From the NCBI RefSeq assembly GCF_964204645.1, contig NC_134026.1, positions 19,846,467-19,910,466 of the forward strand: a stretch of DNA of 64,000 bases, written 5' to 3'. The notes beneath the pieces are model-generated. The model was not told the DNA's origin, did not search any database, and saw nothing but the letters and a program-made list of their open reading frames with translations. The position numbers and the translations under genes are program-made. Shown here piece after piece: positions 1 to 13,161 of this stretch. Source of the stretch: Tubulanus polymorphus (lineage: Eukaryota; Animalia; Nemertea). Position 1 is the stretch's first letter. Each line of letters starts with the position of its first letter.

Positions 1-20
1 AGCTTTATGTGAGTTGACCA

Positions 21-63
21 GATATTTTACAAATTTCTTGTATGAGGTGTCGTACAGATGCTC
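21..63 (+). CDS. SUPV3L1: Possible upstream SUPV3L1 exon, partial and low confidence. Ends at the CTC|gtaaga donor; its phase-1 end matches the 2-nt start of the exon at 227.
   Basis: Frame is open from 18 to 63. Donor is gtaaga at 64. Joining C + TG gives Leu before NFDNVRPGD. Similarity to the human segment is weak. Confidence 0.3.
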
Positions 64-226
64 GTAAGAGTTCATAGCGAGAGTTCATTTAGTAGGTACA
101 CTGAAAATAAAGCAAACCTTTGATCCTCTTCACGTACTTGGATGATCTCCGGCGCAAATATCATGAGTCGCATTTCTTAAACTACCGCCTAAACATCCAC
201 ATACATCCCTGAAAGGTGTTTTTCAG

Positions 227-355
227 TGAACTTTGACAATGTGCGCCCGGGTGACTGTTTTGTGTGCTTCAGTAAAAATGACATTTATCATATCAGCCGC
301 CAGTTAGAAAAGCGTGGACACCAATGCGCCGTTATATACGGGGGATTGCCACCAG
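227..355 (+). CDS. SUPV3L1: SUPV3L1 (Suv3 mitochondrial RNA helicase) exon: ..[43 protein letters not shown]
   Basis: Acceptor tttcag at 221-226; donor G|gttagt. Matches human [43 protein letters not shown]. Confidence 0.85.
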
Positions 356-540
356 GTTAGTCAGGTGACCAGTAACTGAAAATGAACTAATTTTTTACTC
401 TACTTATATAACCCACGATAGTCGGTCCTAATATTTTAATTGGCTGAAAGTTTTGTTTAGCTCTTTTTTCAATTATTTCCTAGTTTCTAATGAAAGAAAA
501 AATCGGTCTTGTTTATTGTTGCTTATTGGAATGATTTTAG

Positions 541-634
541 GTACGAAACTGGCGCAAGCACAAAAATTCAACGATCCCAACGATCCTTGCAAAATTATGG
601 TCGCAACTGACGCAATAGGCATGGGTTTGAATTT
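541..634 (+). CDS. SUPV3L1: SUPV3L1 exon: [32 protein letters not shown] (helicase C-terminal domain)
   Basis: Acceptor gattttag; donor TT|gtgagt. Near-identical to human [31 protein letters not shown]. Phases are consistent with the flanking exons. Confidence 0.9.
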
Positions 635-1304
635 GTGAGTGTTTATTTAACTATTACCAAAATAATTGATATGACTGCAAATGAAACTTACATCAAGTGA
701 TATCATTAGATATAAGACATGTGTTTCTCAAGGATGGTTTATATCCAAGGCCACCCAAAACTAAAATTCAAGACCAATCCAAAGACTTTATGCCAAAATC
801 AGGACTGGCTCCTATGATAATCATAGACCAGTGACGAGAAGTGGTATTATAATTCAATAAAACTTGTTCATTGCTGAAACGTCAAAACAATATTTTTATC
901 AATAATAATAATCAATTCAAATTTTTGATTGTCATTAGTAAAAACGTATGGCAAAGATTGGTCGACAAAATATCAGAAATTAATGAAAGTGTCTATCTAA
1001 GTTCGCCAAAAATGCCATCCAAAAAAAGATTGAAGACTACAAAATGAAAATGCAATGCTAAATTCAAAGCTTTTTAATGCAATGAAAATTTTTCTGATTC
1101 AATGCATTTCAAGGACTGCAATGAACCCTAGTGAGTTCCTATCAGTCAAAACCAGGACTATCAGGGGCATGACTCATTTTAGATTAACACTTTGAATTGA
1201 TATATCTGTGGGGGGGGGCACTGATATCAAATCTAAGGATATCAATATCGATAATTGTCTACTGTGTTTTGTCCTTACGTCTCACATTTGGCGTCGGATT
1301 TCAG

Positions 1305-1524
1305 GAGTATTAAACGTGTCATATTCTACTCGTTAATTAAACCGAAGATAAACGAAAAAGGCGATAAAGAAATGGATCTGATAAGCACTTCGCAGGCGTT
1401 GCAAATCGGCGGTCGAGCTGGGCGTTACCGAACTCATTTCCAAGACGGCGAGGTTACGACATTTCGCCGCGAAGATATACATTTATTACACGATCTTACC
1501 AATAGAATCGTCGAACCACTCGAG
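1305..1524 (+). CDS. SUPV3L1: SUPV3L1 exon: [73 protein letters not shown]
   Basis: Acceptor tttcag at 1299-1304; donor GAG|gtaaaa. Matches human [43 protein letters not shown]... Confidence 0.9.
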
Positions 1525-1671
1525 GTAAAATTATGCGAGGCCAGTTGTACAGTCATGACTTGAGACAAACTTAGCTAAATGCAAATCTATACATAAGTTG
1601 AAACCTCGATTCCTCTTAGTTAGAATGTTCGTTTTAGTTAACTGTATATCTTATTTTTCATTATCTGATAG

Positions 1672-1752
1672 CAAGCTGGATTACATCCTACTGCCGAACA
1701 AATTGAGCTTTTCGCCTACCACTTGCCAAATGCAACCCTGTCCAACCTTATT
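1672..1752 (+). CDS. SUPV3L1: SUPV3L1 exon: [27 protein letters not shown]
   Basis: Acceptor ctgatag; donor ATT|gtaagt. Matches human [27 protein letters not shown]. Confidence 0.9.
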
Positions 1753-1844
1753 GTAAGTAATGCACAAACCCTTCCATGGGAAGGGTAGAAAATTGGCCCC
1801 TTTTTGTTTAGAGTTGCATACGGTTGGCCGACAATAGATAAGCA

Positions 1845-2085
1845 ATTTGAGTGTTCTTACATTACGGAAGGCATCCTGTTACCTGTAGATAGTTTTGGAT
1901 TCAATTCAATTCTAGTGGACTTAGAAATATTTATCTTCAAATTCGGATTCAAACCTATCGAGCATTTTGAATGTACTTACATTACGGAAGGCATCCTGTT
2001 ACCGGTAGATAGTTTTGGATTAAATTCAATTCTAGTGGACTTAGAAATATTTATCTTCAAATTCGGATTCAAACCTAGGCATCCT
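1845..2085. repeat. Two-copy tandem duplication of about 120 bp inside a SUPV3L1 intron
   Basis: 1846-1965 and 1966-2085 are near-identical (gagtgttcttacattacggaaggcatcctgttacc...). ORF 1804..2100 is a translation artefact of this repeat. Confidence 0.9.
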
Positions 2086-2140
2086 CCCTTTTCTAGATAA
2101 CGGCGTATACAATGATCTAATACTATCCTCATTATTTCAG

Positions 2141-2320
2141 GATATATTCGTGACATTGTCTCAGTTGGATAATGACACGTATTTCATGTGCAACATCGAT
2201 GATTTTAAGTTTTTAGCTGATATGATCGAACACGTGCCGCTCGCGTTGAGGGTACGTTACGTGTTCTGTTGTTCGCCGATCCCAAAAAAACAGCCGTTCG
2301 TCTGCACAATGTTCCTCAGG
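2141..2320 (+). CDS. SUPV3L1: SUPV3L1 exon: [60 protein letters not shown]
   Basis: Acceptor ttatttcag; donor AGG|gtgagt. Matches human [54 protein letters not shown]. Confidence 0.9.
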
Positions 2321-2822
2321 GTGAGTTTTACTATAAAGGCTTATCGACGCAAGAGTTAAAATCCGGGGCCAGTTGCCCAAAATTTGGTTAAAGTTAACCA
2401 GTGGATAAATACCAAATAACAAGGAACTTTCAATTGTCATTATGCCAACTATCCAGTGGTTAACTCTAACCAACTTTTGAGCAACTGACCCCTGTATTGT
2501 AGCATATACAAATGATCAAATCCACAGAGCATTTATTGGAGCCGCATGTCTTAACCCTCTTTGTGCGTCCACGCAGTGCGGTGTATAAATCCAATATGTG
2601 ATGGGCTTAGCTAGTAAACCGCATTGCAGTGTATTGATGTTAGTGAAATATTAACAATAGTAGTACCAGTTATTGTTGACATGATGAAATATTAGTAACT
2701 AATGATATATTGCGCTGTGGTGTAGATGCACTAAAATGGTATGCCTTGAATTTGATGTATTTGTATGTTTGAAAATGTTAACATTTATCAAATCTTAGAA
2801 TTTCTTGCCTTTTTGTCGTCAG

Positions 2823-2971
2823 TTTGCCAGGCAATTTAGCCAAGGAGAGCCACTAACGTATGACTGGTTGTGTAGACAAGTGAATTGGCCGTTCAACACT
2901 CCTGTTACTATCACTGATCTGGTACACTTGGAAGGAGTTTTTGACGTAATGGACCTATATTTGTGGTTGAG
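2823..2971 (+). CDS. SUPV3L1: SUPV3L1 exon: FARQFSQGEPLTYDWLCRQVNWPFNTPVTITDLVHLEGVFDVMDLYLWLR
   Basis: Acceptor ttgtcgtcag; donor AG|gtacgt. Matches human [50 protein letters not shown]. Confidence 0.88.
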
Positions 2972-3162
2972 GTACGTACAGCGGTTTATGCTACAATCCG
3001 GTTTATGCTACAATCCGAAATATTTCTAAGTCTACTGTACTGTATTTCTTAATTTTTCTAGTATGGATGATATTAGAATCCAGGCAAGATATGTGGCTCA
3101 CGTTCGAGGTGCATAACATTTTGCAGACACTTTTGAAATCTCTGCTCTTCCATTTTTTTCAG

Positions 3163-3664
3163 TTATCGCTTTTCGGACATGTTCCCAGATACCGACCACG
3201 TGCGAGAAATGCAAAAACAACTGGACAACATAATACAGGAGGGGGTGATCAACATAACGAAACTGTTAAAAAAAGGCAACACCTTGACTCAGAGCGCGGC
3301 GTCGATCGACTCAACGGAATTAACGTCGACTGACAATCGCAAATCGAACGCTTCGAAAGCAGGATATCTTCGAAAACGCGATAAAACGCTGTACGGCGGC
3401 GGCGAACGGTTACGAATCGTTAAATCCGAACACGATGACGTCAACGGCTCGGTGTATTCGTCTCGATTGCAACGCGGCGACGTCGGGAAGGGCCGGCTGA
3501 CCGATCGGCTTTTGAAAGAGGGCCTTCTGACGCACGAGATGATCGAGAAACTCCGAGCGGAATGGACTCAAGATAAACAAACCAGCATATCATCGGCTGC
3601 CGATAGTGATAGTATTAGCGATAGCGAACGTTTACACGATAACTGGAAAAGCGACGATAGGTGA
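3163..3664 (+). CDS. SUPV3L1: SUPV3L1 terminal coding exon, ending at the TGA stop at 3662-3664: (S)YRFSDMFPDTDHVREMQKQLDNIIQEGVINITKLL...
   Basis: Acceptor tttttttcag at 3153-3162; joins in phase 2 with the previous exon. Matches human [35 protein letters not shown]. The C-terminal tail is CpG-rich and low-complexity. Confidence 0.85.
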
Positions 3665-6055
3665 AATGACCCGTTATGCGTGTAGAATCGATTGACATGA
3701 ACATATGTGATTTTATATGGAGGAGCGAGTATTATCTAATAAAACAGCCATTTCTGCCAAAAATATTTTTGTGATCGACTCCATGTTTTGTTACGTGACC
3801 AGGGTTCATAGCAGGCCTCGAAAGTCATGGACTGGGAATAGGTCATTTTATTATTTGGTCTAGTACACCAGTCCTCTTAGAATGACAGTCAGTGGAGATA
3901 TAAATTGTCACTTATATAGCGCAAGGCTCCTTATAATAGTTCAAATGTGCTTCTCTAGAAAATACGTGTTGCTACCACAGAATGGCAAACAGATTTTCAG
4001 GTCCCGTGAAGTTCGTTGTAACGAGGTTCCATTGTAGTTCAAGACTATAACCTATCGTGGGTGCAGCCAAATTGATTTCAATTGAATTGACGTACTGAAT
4101 GGAAGCATTATTTAACTAGGCGAGCAGAATGAACAATTTTTCCTCGGCGAATAATTAGAGAATATTTCGCACCATTATCAGTAGTAAGATGATTACCAAA
4201 ATTGATAGGGGTCGTAACTTGTGTCGCTTCATGCTTGTTCAAAAAGGGAACATTCTTTTAAATCGCCTTTTCAATAACGATGAAATAAGACCGAGGTTGT
4301 ATTTATTTTATCAAAGCACTTTATTGGAAAAATATATTAAAAACGTATTTACAAATGTCACAAAAATAAATGCAAAGGATATACACTAATCAATGAAAAC
4401 GATGTGGTATTTTTATGAAAATGATCACATCAGAGCTGCCCAGGTGAACTTGGGTCTTCTTATATAGTTAGTCTACTTGTGGTCAGAACTTATAACTCAA
4501 TGTGTTACGCTGTTTTAAACAAAAAAGAAGATATGAAAAATGCTGCGACACACAGGCACACTGATTGGTTTTCAATACAATAAAATATGGCCCAAAGCAA
4601 ACAGTGTTTTGGTCATATTCAGGAGATGTTTAGCAGCTTGAGTTACATCAAAACTAAATCGTTTTGTATATGAACAAATTAGATCAACGATGAAGTCCCA
4701 ATGAAATAACGCATTTCAAAAATTACCGTATTACAAAAATATCACAGGAACTAAATGGAAGCATTCAATAAGTACGTGTAAGCAAGAAATTTGGCAAATT
4801 TAGATGGTCCTTAACCTAGCATAGTAAATGAGCACGCCTTTGTCTAGAAACTTAAATCGGGCAATACAATATCAGACAAGTTCAACGAAAAGTCGTCCAA
4901 TTCGATGTCCTGTATCGGCTCATCGATGATGAAATTCGGAACTGAAAAAAACAATTGACATTCGTAAAGTCATTTGTCCTTATATACCCAGGAAGAAAGC
5001 CACTAAATATTTGGATGGATATATGAAAGCTGTGGGTACTGGAGTGTGTAATGGGTAGTGTAGTGTGATCTGTGTGCATTTGTGGCCAGCACACAGATCA
5101 CATTGTTCATTGGGGTTTAGTCCAGGACTCGCGAGATTTTCAACAACACGGAAGTAACGTGTAATAAATGATGACTTGAATTGCATGACTACCTACCACC
5201 CCTCATTATTGTTTGAAAAGTTAACGTTCCGCACTGACTAAAAATTAGTAATAATATTTAATAACATTTTAGAAATGGCCAGAATTTTAACTTAGGTTCT
5301 ATCTCATTTTTATTTTACAATTGCGATTGGTATAATTTTTTTTCAAATGGCCGTTAAGGCTTCATGTTTCGTCTGCAATTCACAGCAAATAGTTACGCAA
5401 CTACGCACATTTCAGTGTTTTTGGCAGCTGTACACTCAATCGGCACCGTTCGTGACTAGCTTCACTGCGGAATTATCATTAATTAACATCGCCATATCAC
5501 ATCATCAACTTATATTGTGCCTTAAAACCCTAACAGCCGAAATAATTGAAATGCACACACGATTTCTATCATTGAAAATTGAGAGAGTGGCCGTGTTTGT
5601 GTTCTGCTGCTTCGCGTAAATCCCGCGCGGTGGCGCAACCGCGCGGAGTGGGGCCGATACGTCTAGTAATGAGTAACAGTGCAGGGGTAGATCGATATAA
5701 TGTAGAATTTTCAAATTTTCGCACCTCCTACCGATTGGATCGCTAATCTCAATCTAGACAGATTGAAATAAGATTCTTAAACATTAACATGGCTTGTGTA
5801 TGAATTTTTAGCTCCAAGGTTTATGGCATAAAAAGGGGACCAAATAATTTTTCCAGCCACTTCTCTCAATATTTTTATGATTTTTCACCGGTTCTTAAGC
5901 AGACACCCATTTTTCAAAAACATTTCGAACAGCCTATTTCTCAAAAGTTTTGGGCATTTCGCTCAAATTAAAGGAGTTTCAACTTTAAAAGCACTTTCTT
6001 TTTAAGGGTTTTTTATGCAATCAATGAATCGTTGGGAACCTGCCATTCTACATAC

Positions 6056-6338
6056 CAGGCAAAGAATCCACGTGTGTTGGTGTGTATTCCTCGTCATCAC
6101 TGTCGTTGTCGACTACCATACACATCGGATACAAGTGCCGCCACGATTTCAACTTATCCATATAGGATGAAAGACAGTGAGCTGGAGCCAAAATATCTCC
6201 AAAAACATCTAAAATTGTAAGATAAAATGTCTTATTACACGTAGGCCTTCTAATTTTACAACTTGGAGTCAGATCCGCCCCTGAAATATTTTCATCACAA
6301 TTTTTCCCAGGAAAGAATTTCAATATTTTCTTCCGCAT
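6056..6338 (-). CDS. Hypothetical minus-strand exon of unknown function. ORF is MRKKILKFFPGKNCDENISGADLTP...DNDSDDEEYTPTHVDSLPG, followed by a gtatgt donor.
   Basis: A 94-aa open frame on the minus strand ends exactly at a CCTG|gtatgtag donor. No recognisable homology. Confidence 0.25.
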
Positions 6339-7479
6339 TTTCTTTTCCTTGGTATTTTTGCCTCTGGTGATTTTTTTTCATCCCTCACATGATTTGAATT
6401 CTATCAACATTACCCTCACTCCATTTTTAGTTTTTCCACAAACCTTCCACGTTCACATGTTGAAAAATACTTGAATTGTATAAAAGTTCTAATTTTTTTC
6501 CATCCATTTTAAAAAGTCTACTGGGTTGAAATGAAACAGTGTAATCATAGAAGATTATTTCCGGGGAATAAGCGGAGAACGTGCATGTATATATCTGATC
6601 AATCTGCTTCCTGAAATCCCTCCTTTAGGACCTCGAGACATTTCTAATGAACATATAAATGCCAGAAATTGGTAATTTGGTAACCATACCTTCAATAAGT
6701 GGAAGGTCAAGACTTGACACACAAAAATACTGAAGGGAGTACAATTACCACTGGCATGAAGCCTTATACAAACCTTCATTAGCTTTGTTTATATGCATCA
6801 ATTCAGTATCATCTGCAGGAGTATTGGCCTGCAAATATATAGGCCTAATATAAGATGCCATGAAAAATTCTTGCCAAAAAAGATCATCAATTACGAAGAA
6901 AAACTGCAAGTAGTGACATTTCAACTTGATTTTCTGAGCCATTTTCAAAACTGATTTAGTAAAAAAACGTAGGCCTACAGTTTTTCCTCGTAATTCAGTT
7001 GATTTTTCTTCAATTTTAGTCTATGAGAACCAACAAAAGCAGTTACAGTACCTTCTTTTCAGTACTAACTTCTTGTTTAGTCGACCGTTTAATATTCAGC
7101 CCTTTCTGCGGCTGTGTGGCGGGTCGGATCGATGACGATGGCTTTTTCATTGTTTTGCCAGCTGCATCCTTCTTCAAGTCCTGTTGTCGTATCTTCAAGT
7201 CTTGATTCACCGTGCCAAGCGCTTTTCTCGGAGTGACCAAACTTTTTTGTCGACTCTGGAAACTTTTACCCGCTTGAAGGAAAAAATTATAGACGTATCA
7301 CCTTTCCAATAACACTAGCGTAGTATAACCTATGCTAAGGTTGCAAGTGGATATTATATCAATGACATAATCAGTTACACAATCATTGATGGTAAGCTTA
7401 CAATCAGAAGGGCTTGAAAATATAATACTATATTAGTGAAACAAAACCACGGTTACTGACAAATGCCAACGCTACATCC

Positions 7480-8830
7480 TTTTTGGCTTGTTCTTAAAAA
7501 ACGCCATTTCCACCGTTTTCAGCTGTTACAGTTTTTAAAACTACATCGCCAGAAACGGCATTTTAGCTTAGATAGTTTTACAGGTGCTATTTATAGTGCT
7601 TAGTTCGATGGGAGTCCCTATTATGACATCATCGCTTTTCTGCTGGCATACATTTGTATATTTGCGCCGAAAAATTAATCTCATTGATCCATTCCAGGCT
7701 TCAAGAAAGAATTAAATATAAATGTACGGGTTTCCGATGGCAAATGTATTTGAATTCTGTTCTTTCTTTATACCTGTATTCTATGTAATAAATATATACA
7801 TACATGTATCCCAAATTGTTTCGAAAATGTTTGTTGTATTTTGAAATGAATCTAGATACAGCTGTATTGATTTTGAGTGTTGTAACGTCATCGGCCACCA
7901 ATTCATTCAATCACTACCCATCACAAGTCCAATTAGCTGGGAGGCATCGAAGATGTTAATTACCTTCAATTAACCAACATCATATGCAGTCCAATATATC
8001 CCTCAACCATTCTATGCTTTATTAGGCAAGATAAGACCATGGGCAAAACTTAAAACTAGATTTTTGATACACTAGTTTATACATGATCCATGATTGATTT
8101 GTCTTATGAGAATGATAATTATAATAATTATTTTATTTTTATTTCTAACATATAATATTTACACATCCGTGCACCTCAGCAAATTAATTATTTTATTCCG
8201 AAAAAAAGTACCCTGTAGACACTAGGGAAAACGTCTAAGCGGGTGGGGGAATCCTCATATATAACAAGTGGACTGCCAATAATGGCTTAATAGTTTATGA
8301 TTATAAAACTAGCTACGCCAAAAACGGCGGAATACGCCAGAAATGGCAAATGTTTTTATGTGTACCCATGGCAACATTTCATTGAAAACTTTATAATAGT
8401 TTTTAAAACTAGTTCCCAAATTTATTTTTAACAAAAATCATGATTAATAAACTTGTTTCATGCTGTAGTAGTTTTGAGAGTTTTCCCGGAGTTTTTGGGC
8501 TGCATATGACGTAATCATTTAGAAAAACGTGAATTTGACCACTTTACCTAGCTCAAAAATTTCCATCCTAGCGTCATATGAAAGCTTATCGTCTGCTCGA
8601 GATTATGACGTAATCAGCAACATGCGCTAATTTGACCGGAAGTGCGCAAAAAACTTTAAAGCAAAACTCGAAACTTAGTGAGCTGAAACTGGCTGATTAA
8701 GCCATAAACGACTGTAAAAGTTTCAAAACTGAGTGATCCATAAACGGCTGATTCTGCCGTTATTGGCGGAAAACGCCGAAATTGGCAGAATAAGCCGTTT
8801 TTGGAAAGTGTTCTAGTCAGTAACCTGTCT
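7480..8830 (-). mobile_element. 5'-truncated copy of a roughly 1.5 kb non-autonomous TIR DNA element, in inverted orientation to the complete copy at 10447-11924
   Basis: 7480-8830 is the reverse complement of about 10447-11796. It retains one terminal repeat (..ggaaagtgttctagtcag at 8830) but lacks the other. No ORF. Confidence 0.75.
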
Positions 8831-10446
8831 GTGGTTTAGTTTCACGATCGGATATTTTCACAAACCACAGTCAGGAATGGGAAGGTCATTTTTGTATGAA
8901 ATCTTCGTCAGCCAATTTGACTGACGAGTAATTTGCCTGGCATTTCATTGTCTCTTAAGATATCCGTCTAATTTTTGCTGTAATCGACGCACAACAGATT
9001 CGTAGTTTGTCTGATACCTATAACACCTCACCTGACGATCTTAATCCATGTGCAAATCGGCCGTAAAGTGAGAGTAAATTTCCGTCCAGTCAACAGCTGC
9101 CATTTTGAAAATTACTGGAGGTGCTGGCACCTGTGGACTGAGGCCAGGACAACAGCACAAACTCACGAAGCGAAACGACGAAATTGAAAAAATTAAGAAA
9201 TCAACACTTATTCCCATTTTTCTTTTACCAAAATTTATTACTTCATTATTTATCTTGGAAAACACGAAGATTTGAAATGTAAGTTGGAAAACCATCAAAA
9301 ATAAAAATTGTCGTTTCGTCTTGGAAGTTTTATAAAAATCCTTGTAGGTCCCCTTGTCTTATCATGCCACATGTGCAATACAGAGAAATGGCGGCTAATG
9401 GCGAAATTTGCTGAGAAATTAATTAATTTCTCAAAATAATGTTGATTAATCACTCGAAACATACATAAAATTGGATTATTTCGAAAGGTACCTGTGTTAG
9501 TTTGTGAATTAAGCCATTAATTATGGACTGAAGTGAATAGAAAGTATATTTTTGAAGTGTTACTTTTTTCAACCGAGTTTTGGTCCTTGTCATCCCTAAC
9601 GTTGGTATAAGCCCATCCGATTATAAAAAGCTTACCACCAACGATTAGGTAACTAACTAGAAAGTGTTCCTGACTGCTTACCAAAATAAAAATGCCAGGC
9701 CTTTTTAAGTTTTATTAGTTAGAAATTTTGACAGTAGACCTACCTCTCAATCCTGGATTGCCGCCATATCGAGGTCTTGTAACTGAGGCATTTTCCTTAT
9801 CTTGGTACGCATCGATAAGAGAAGCCATAGTTTTTTGTTGTGCCAGGAAAAAGTGTAAAAAAGTAGTACGGTGATTTTAAAAATTCGAACCGAGCTCCAC
9901 ACGAATTTGGTTTGGTAAAATAGAAAATGCGGATTCAGAATAGTTGGTGCTTTCGAGTCAGGGATCAGGGTTCCGAGGCCACAACCGGCATATAGGAAGC
10001 ACTTGCATTACGCAATCACGGAGGTACTTTTTCATTCTTAAAAAGTGTTTTCTTAAACAAACTTTCTTAAAAGGCTTGAAAAATACTGAAATAACATCAA
10101 TTCATACAAGCTCTGTGGTTGTGGCAGATCACCCTACTATAGAAAATGACGATTGATTATATAAACTGTAAAATAGAGAATTACACCAAAAATGGAGTTC
10201 TTCGTACCGCCGGCCTAGTCTTTGAAACCAAAAATGGCGGCTTATTCAATCGGGTTTAGCAATCATAGCGATCAAATCGAAGTTCAGACAGCATACTCTG
10301 CATCAATGCGGGACCCTACCCTACCCAGGCACACCTCTCCACTAAATCCTGATTTCTCGACCATTTTCTATCGAAAATTTTCAGCTGTCGCATCACCATA
10401 TTTAGGTTTACCCTTTTTCCTAGTTTTACTACCTTACTGAAATTGT

Positions 10447-11924
10447 CAGTCAGGAACACTTTCCAAAAACGGCTTATTCTGCCAATTTCGGCGTTTTCTG
10501 CCAATAACGGCAGAATCAGCCGTTTATGGATCACTCAGTTTTGAAACTTTTACAGTCGTTTATATGGCTTAATCAGCCAGTTTCAGCTCACTAAGTTTCG
10601 AGTTTTGCTTTAAAGTTTTTTGCGCACTTCCGGTCAAATTAGCGCATGTTGCCGATTACGTCATAATCTCGAGCAGACGATAAGCTTTCATATGACGCAA
10701 GGATGGAGATTTTTGAGCTAGGTAAAGTGGTCAAATTCACGTTTTTCTAAATGATTACGTCATATGCAGCCCAAAAACTCCGGGAAAACTCTCAAAACTA
10801 CTACAGTATGAAACAAGTTTATTAATCATGATTTTTGTTAAAAATGAATTTGGGAACTAGTTTTAAAAACTATTATAAAGTTTTCAATTAAACGTTGCCA
10901 TGGGTACACATAAAAACATTCGCCATTTCTGGCGTATTCCGCCGTTTTTGGCGTAGCTAGTTTTATAATCATAAACTATTAAGCCATTATTGGCAGTCCA
11001 CTTGTTGTATAAGAGGATTCCCCCACCCGCTTAGACGTTTTCCCTAGTGTCTACACGGTACTTTTTTTCGGAATAAAATAATTAATTTGCTGAGGTGAAT
11101 GGATGTGTAAATATTATATAATAAAGATAAAATAATTATTATAATTATCATTCTCATAAGACAAATCAATCATGGATCATGTATAAACTAGTGTATCAAA
11201 AATCTAGTTTTAAGTTTTGCCCATGGTCTTATCTTGCCTAATAAAGCATAGAATGGTTGAGGGATATATTGGACTGCATGTTAAGATGTTGGTTAATTGA
11301 AGGTAATTAACATCTTCGATGCCTCCCAGCTAATTGGACTTGTGATGGGTAGTGATTGAATGAATTGGTGGCCGATGACGTTACAACACTCAAAATCAAT
11401 ACAGCTGTATCTAGATTCATTTCAAGATAAAACAAACATTTTCGAAACAATTTGGGATACATGTATGTATATATTTATTACATAGAATACAGGTATACAG
11501 AAAGAACAGAATTCAAATACATTTGCCATCGGAAACCCGTACATTTATATTTGATTCTTTCTTGAAGCCTGGAATGGATCAATGAGATTAATTTTTCGGC
11601 GCAAATATACAAATGTATGCCAGCAGAAAAGCGATGATGTCATAATAGGGACTCCCATCGAACTAAGCACTATAAATAGCACCTGTAAAACTATCTAAGC
11701 TAAAACGCGTTTCTGGCGATGTAGTTTTAAAAACTGTAACAGCTGAAAACCGCGGAAATGGCGTTTTTTAAGAACAAGCCAAAAATGGCAGAAAACGCCG
11801 ATTTCGGCTAAATTGGCAGAAGCAGTTTAAAACTGAGTAATCCATAAATGGCTGATTCCGCCGTTATTGGCGGAAAACGCCGAAATTGGCAGAATAAGCC
11901 GTTTTTGGAAAGTGTTCCTGACTG
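10447..11924 (+). mobile_element. Complete non-autonomous TIR DNA transposon, 1478 bp with about 95-bp terminal inverted repeats and a 5-bp target site duplication ATTGT
   Basis: Left end cagtcaggaacactttccaaaaacggcttattctgccaatttcggcg...; right end ...cgccgaaattggcagaataagccgtttttggaaagtgttcctgactg. Flanks are attgt (10442-46) and attgt (11925-29). No coding capacity. Confidence 0.8.
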
Positions 11925-11959
11925 ATTGTTATTTGTTATCAATTGCATGTCTTTATCAG

Positions 11960-12082
11960 ATGGAATTTTTGACGCAGTTAAGGGATGGCTGTTGGAACTG
12001 TTTGTGGTATGCGATTATTTTCTATATGACATGGATTTTCTATAAGTTATTTATTCAGCCGTTTCTGTCACCTTTGCGAAAT
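11960..12082 (+). CDS. CYP4-family cytochrome P450, exon 1 (membrane anchor): MEFLTQLRDGCWNCLWYAIIFYMTWIFYKLFIQPFLSPLRN
   Basis: ATG at 11960. Hydrophobic N-terminal anchor. Donor AAT|gtaagt. Phase 0 join to the exon-2 start MPGKPYYPLIGN. Lies 36 bp downstream of the TIR element. Confidence 0.55.
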
Positions 12083-12166
12083 GTAAGTCTCTAGCTCTTA
12101 AACCTCTCTAGTACCGCTGACCACTTTAGCACTTGGTCGGTGTCTTATGGCATTTGAATTTTTCAG

Positions 12167-12221
12167 ATGCCTGGTAAACCGTATTATCCTTTGATCGGAA
12201 ATATGAGAGAAGCTTTGAAAA
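12167..12221 (+). CDS. CYP4 exon 2: MPGKPYYPLIGNMREALK (proline hinge / PGP..LGN motif). The 3' boundary is uncertain.
   Basis: Acceptor tttcag at 12161-66. The only usable donor is AAAA|gtaaag at 12222, which gives phase 1. Exon 3 needs phase 2, so a small intervening exon or different boundaries are required (see finding). Confidence 0.55.
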
Positions 12222-13161
12222 GTAAAGAACCAATGGAGACGACGACAAAGTAATAAACGAGCAGTTGAAACTGATCTTCCGTATCTTGCCGCAAATGCTC
12301 GTCCTCTGTCGACCGGGATTTGAACCAGATGGTATCCAGATGCTACTTGGCCAAAATATCATTATTAGCCAGAAATCAAGTTTCACGCCTGGTTATTCTT
12401 CTATTTTCATCAATCCAACTGGACCTATTCATCAGGCAGCATTTTTTGCTGTGGCAGAACCTTGCGATACCCTCAGGTTTGATTCCTCGCTGAGGGAGGA
12501 TGAAAAATGCAATGTCACAAATCCTTAATAGAAAAATTCCTGCGATAGAATTTTATTCAGAATTTTTACCTTCGAGTTTCGACGATTGAATAAAACGAAA
12601 CCAAAAATGTTTTTGCTGTTAACTAAATGCTGGGTTATGTTGGGCTGGAAAACTTGATTTATCAGTAACTAGCGCCCTAAGGTAGGCGCCAGTTACCATC
12701 TGATCAGCCAACAACTGAACGCAATAATTCTAGCCAATCAGAAATGGACATATACTCAGTAGTACAATGCGTCCTTGTGGTACTAAAATCAGAGTTTTTA
12801 TGTATAGTATATAGCTTAGTATATATCTATTTTAATCTGGTATGAATCTTACAAAATTAGTGGTTTTCATTTTCGATATTTACGTTTGAATTTGTTAAGA
12901 TGAGGAACACAGCGCAAGCCTAAAGGCTGCACTTATAAGTGTGATTATAAGCACTGCCCCCACTGATCAGTCGTAGTTTGGGATGTCGTAGCTTGATATA
13001 AGCTAGCATTAATGCTAGCTAGCCATCATAAGGTGGAAGAAAATTTTATTATCACTTAAATTATATTTTGGGACTTTTTAAACTAGGCCAACCTTGCTTA
13101 AATTTCTGTGAGCTTCGAACTTAAACTGATGCTACTTTTGTTTTTCATCGCTGGAATGTAG

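Noticed and set aside
1804-2100. 98-aa ORF with internally repeated peptide
   Set aside because: Translation of a 120-bp tandem duplication inside a SUPV3L1 intron.
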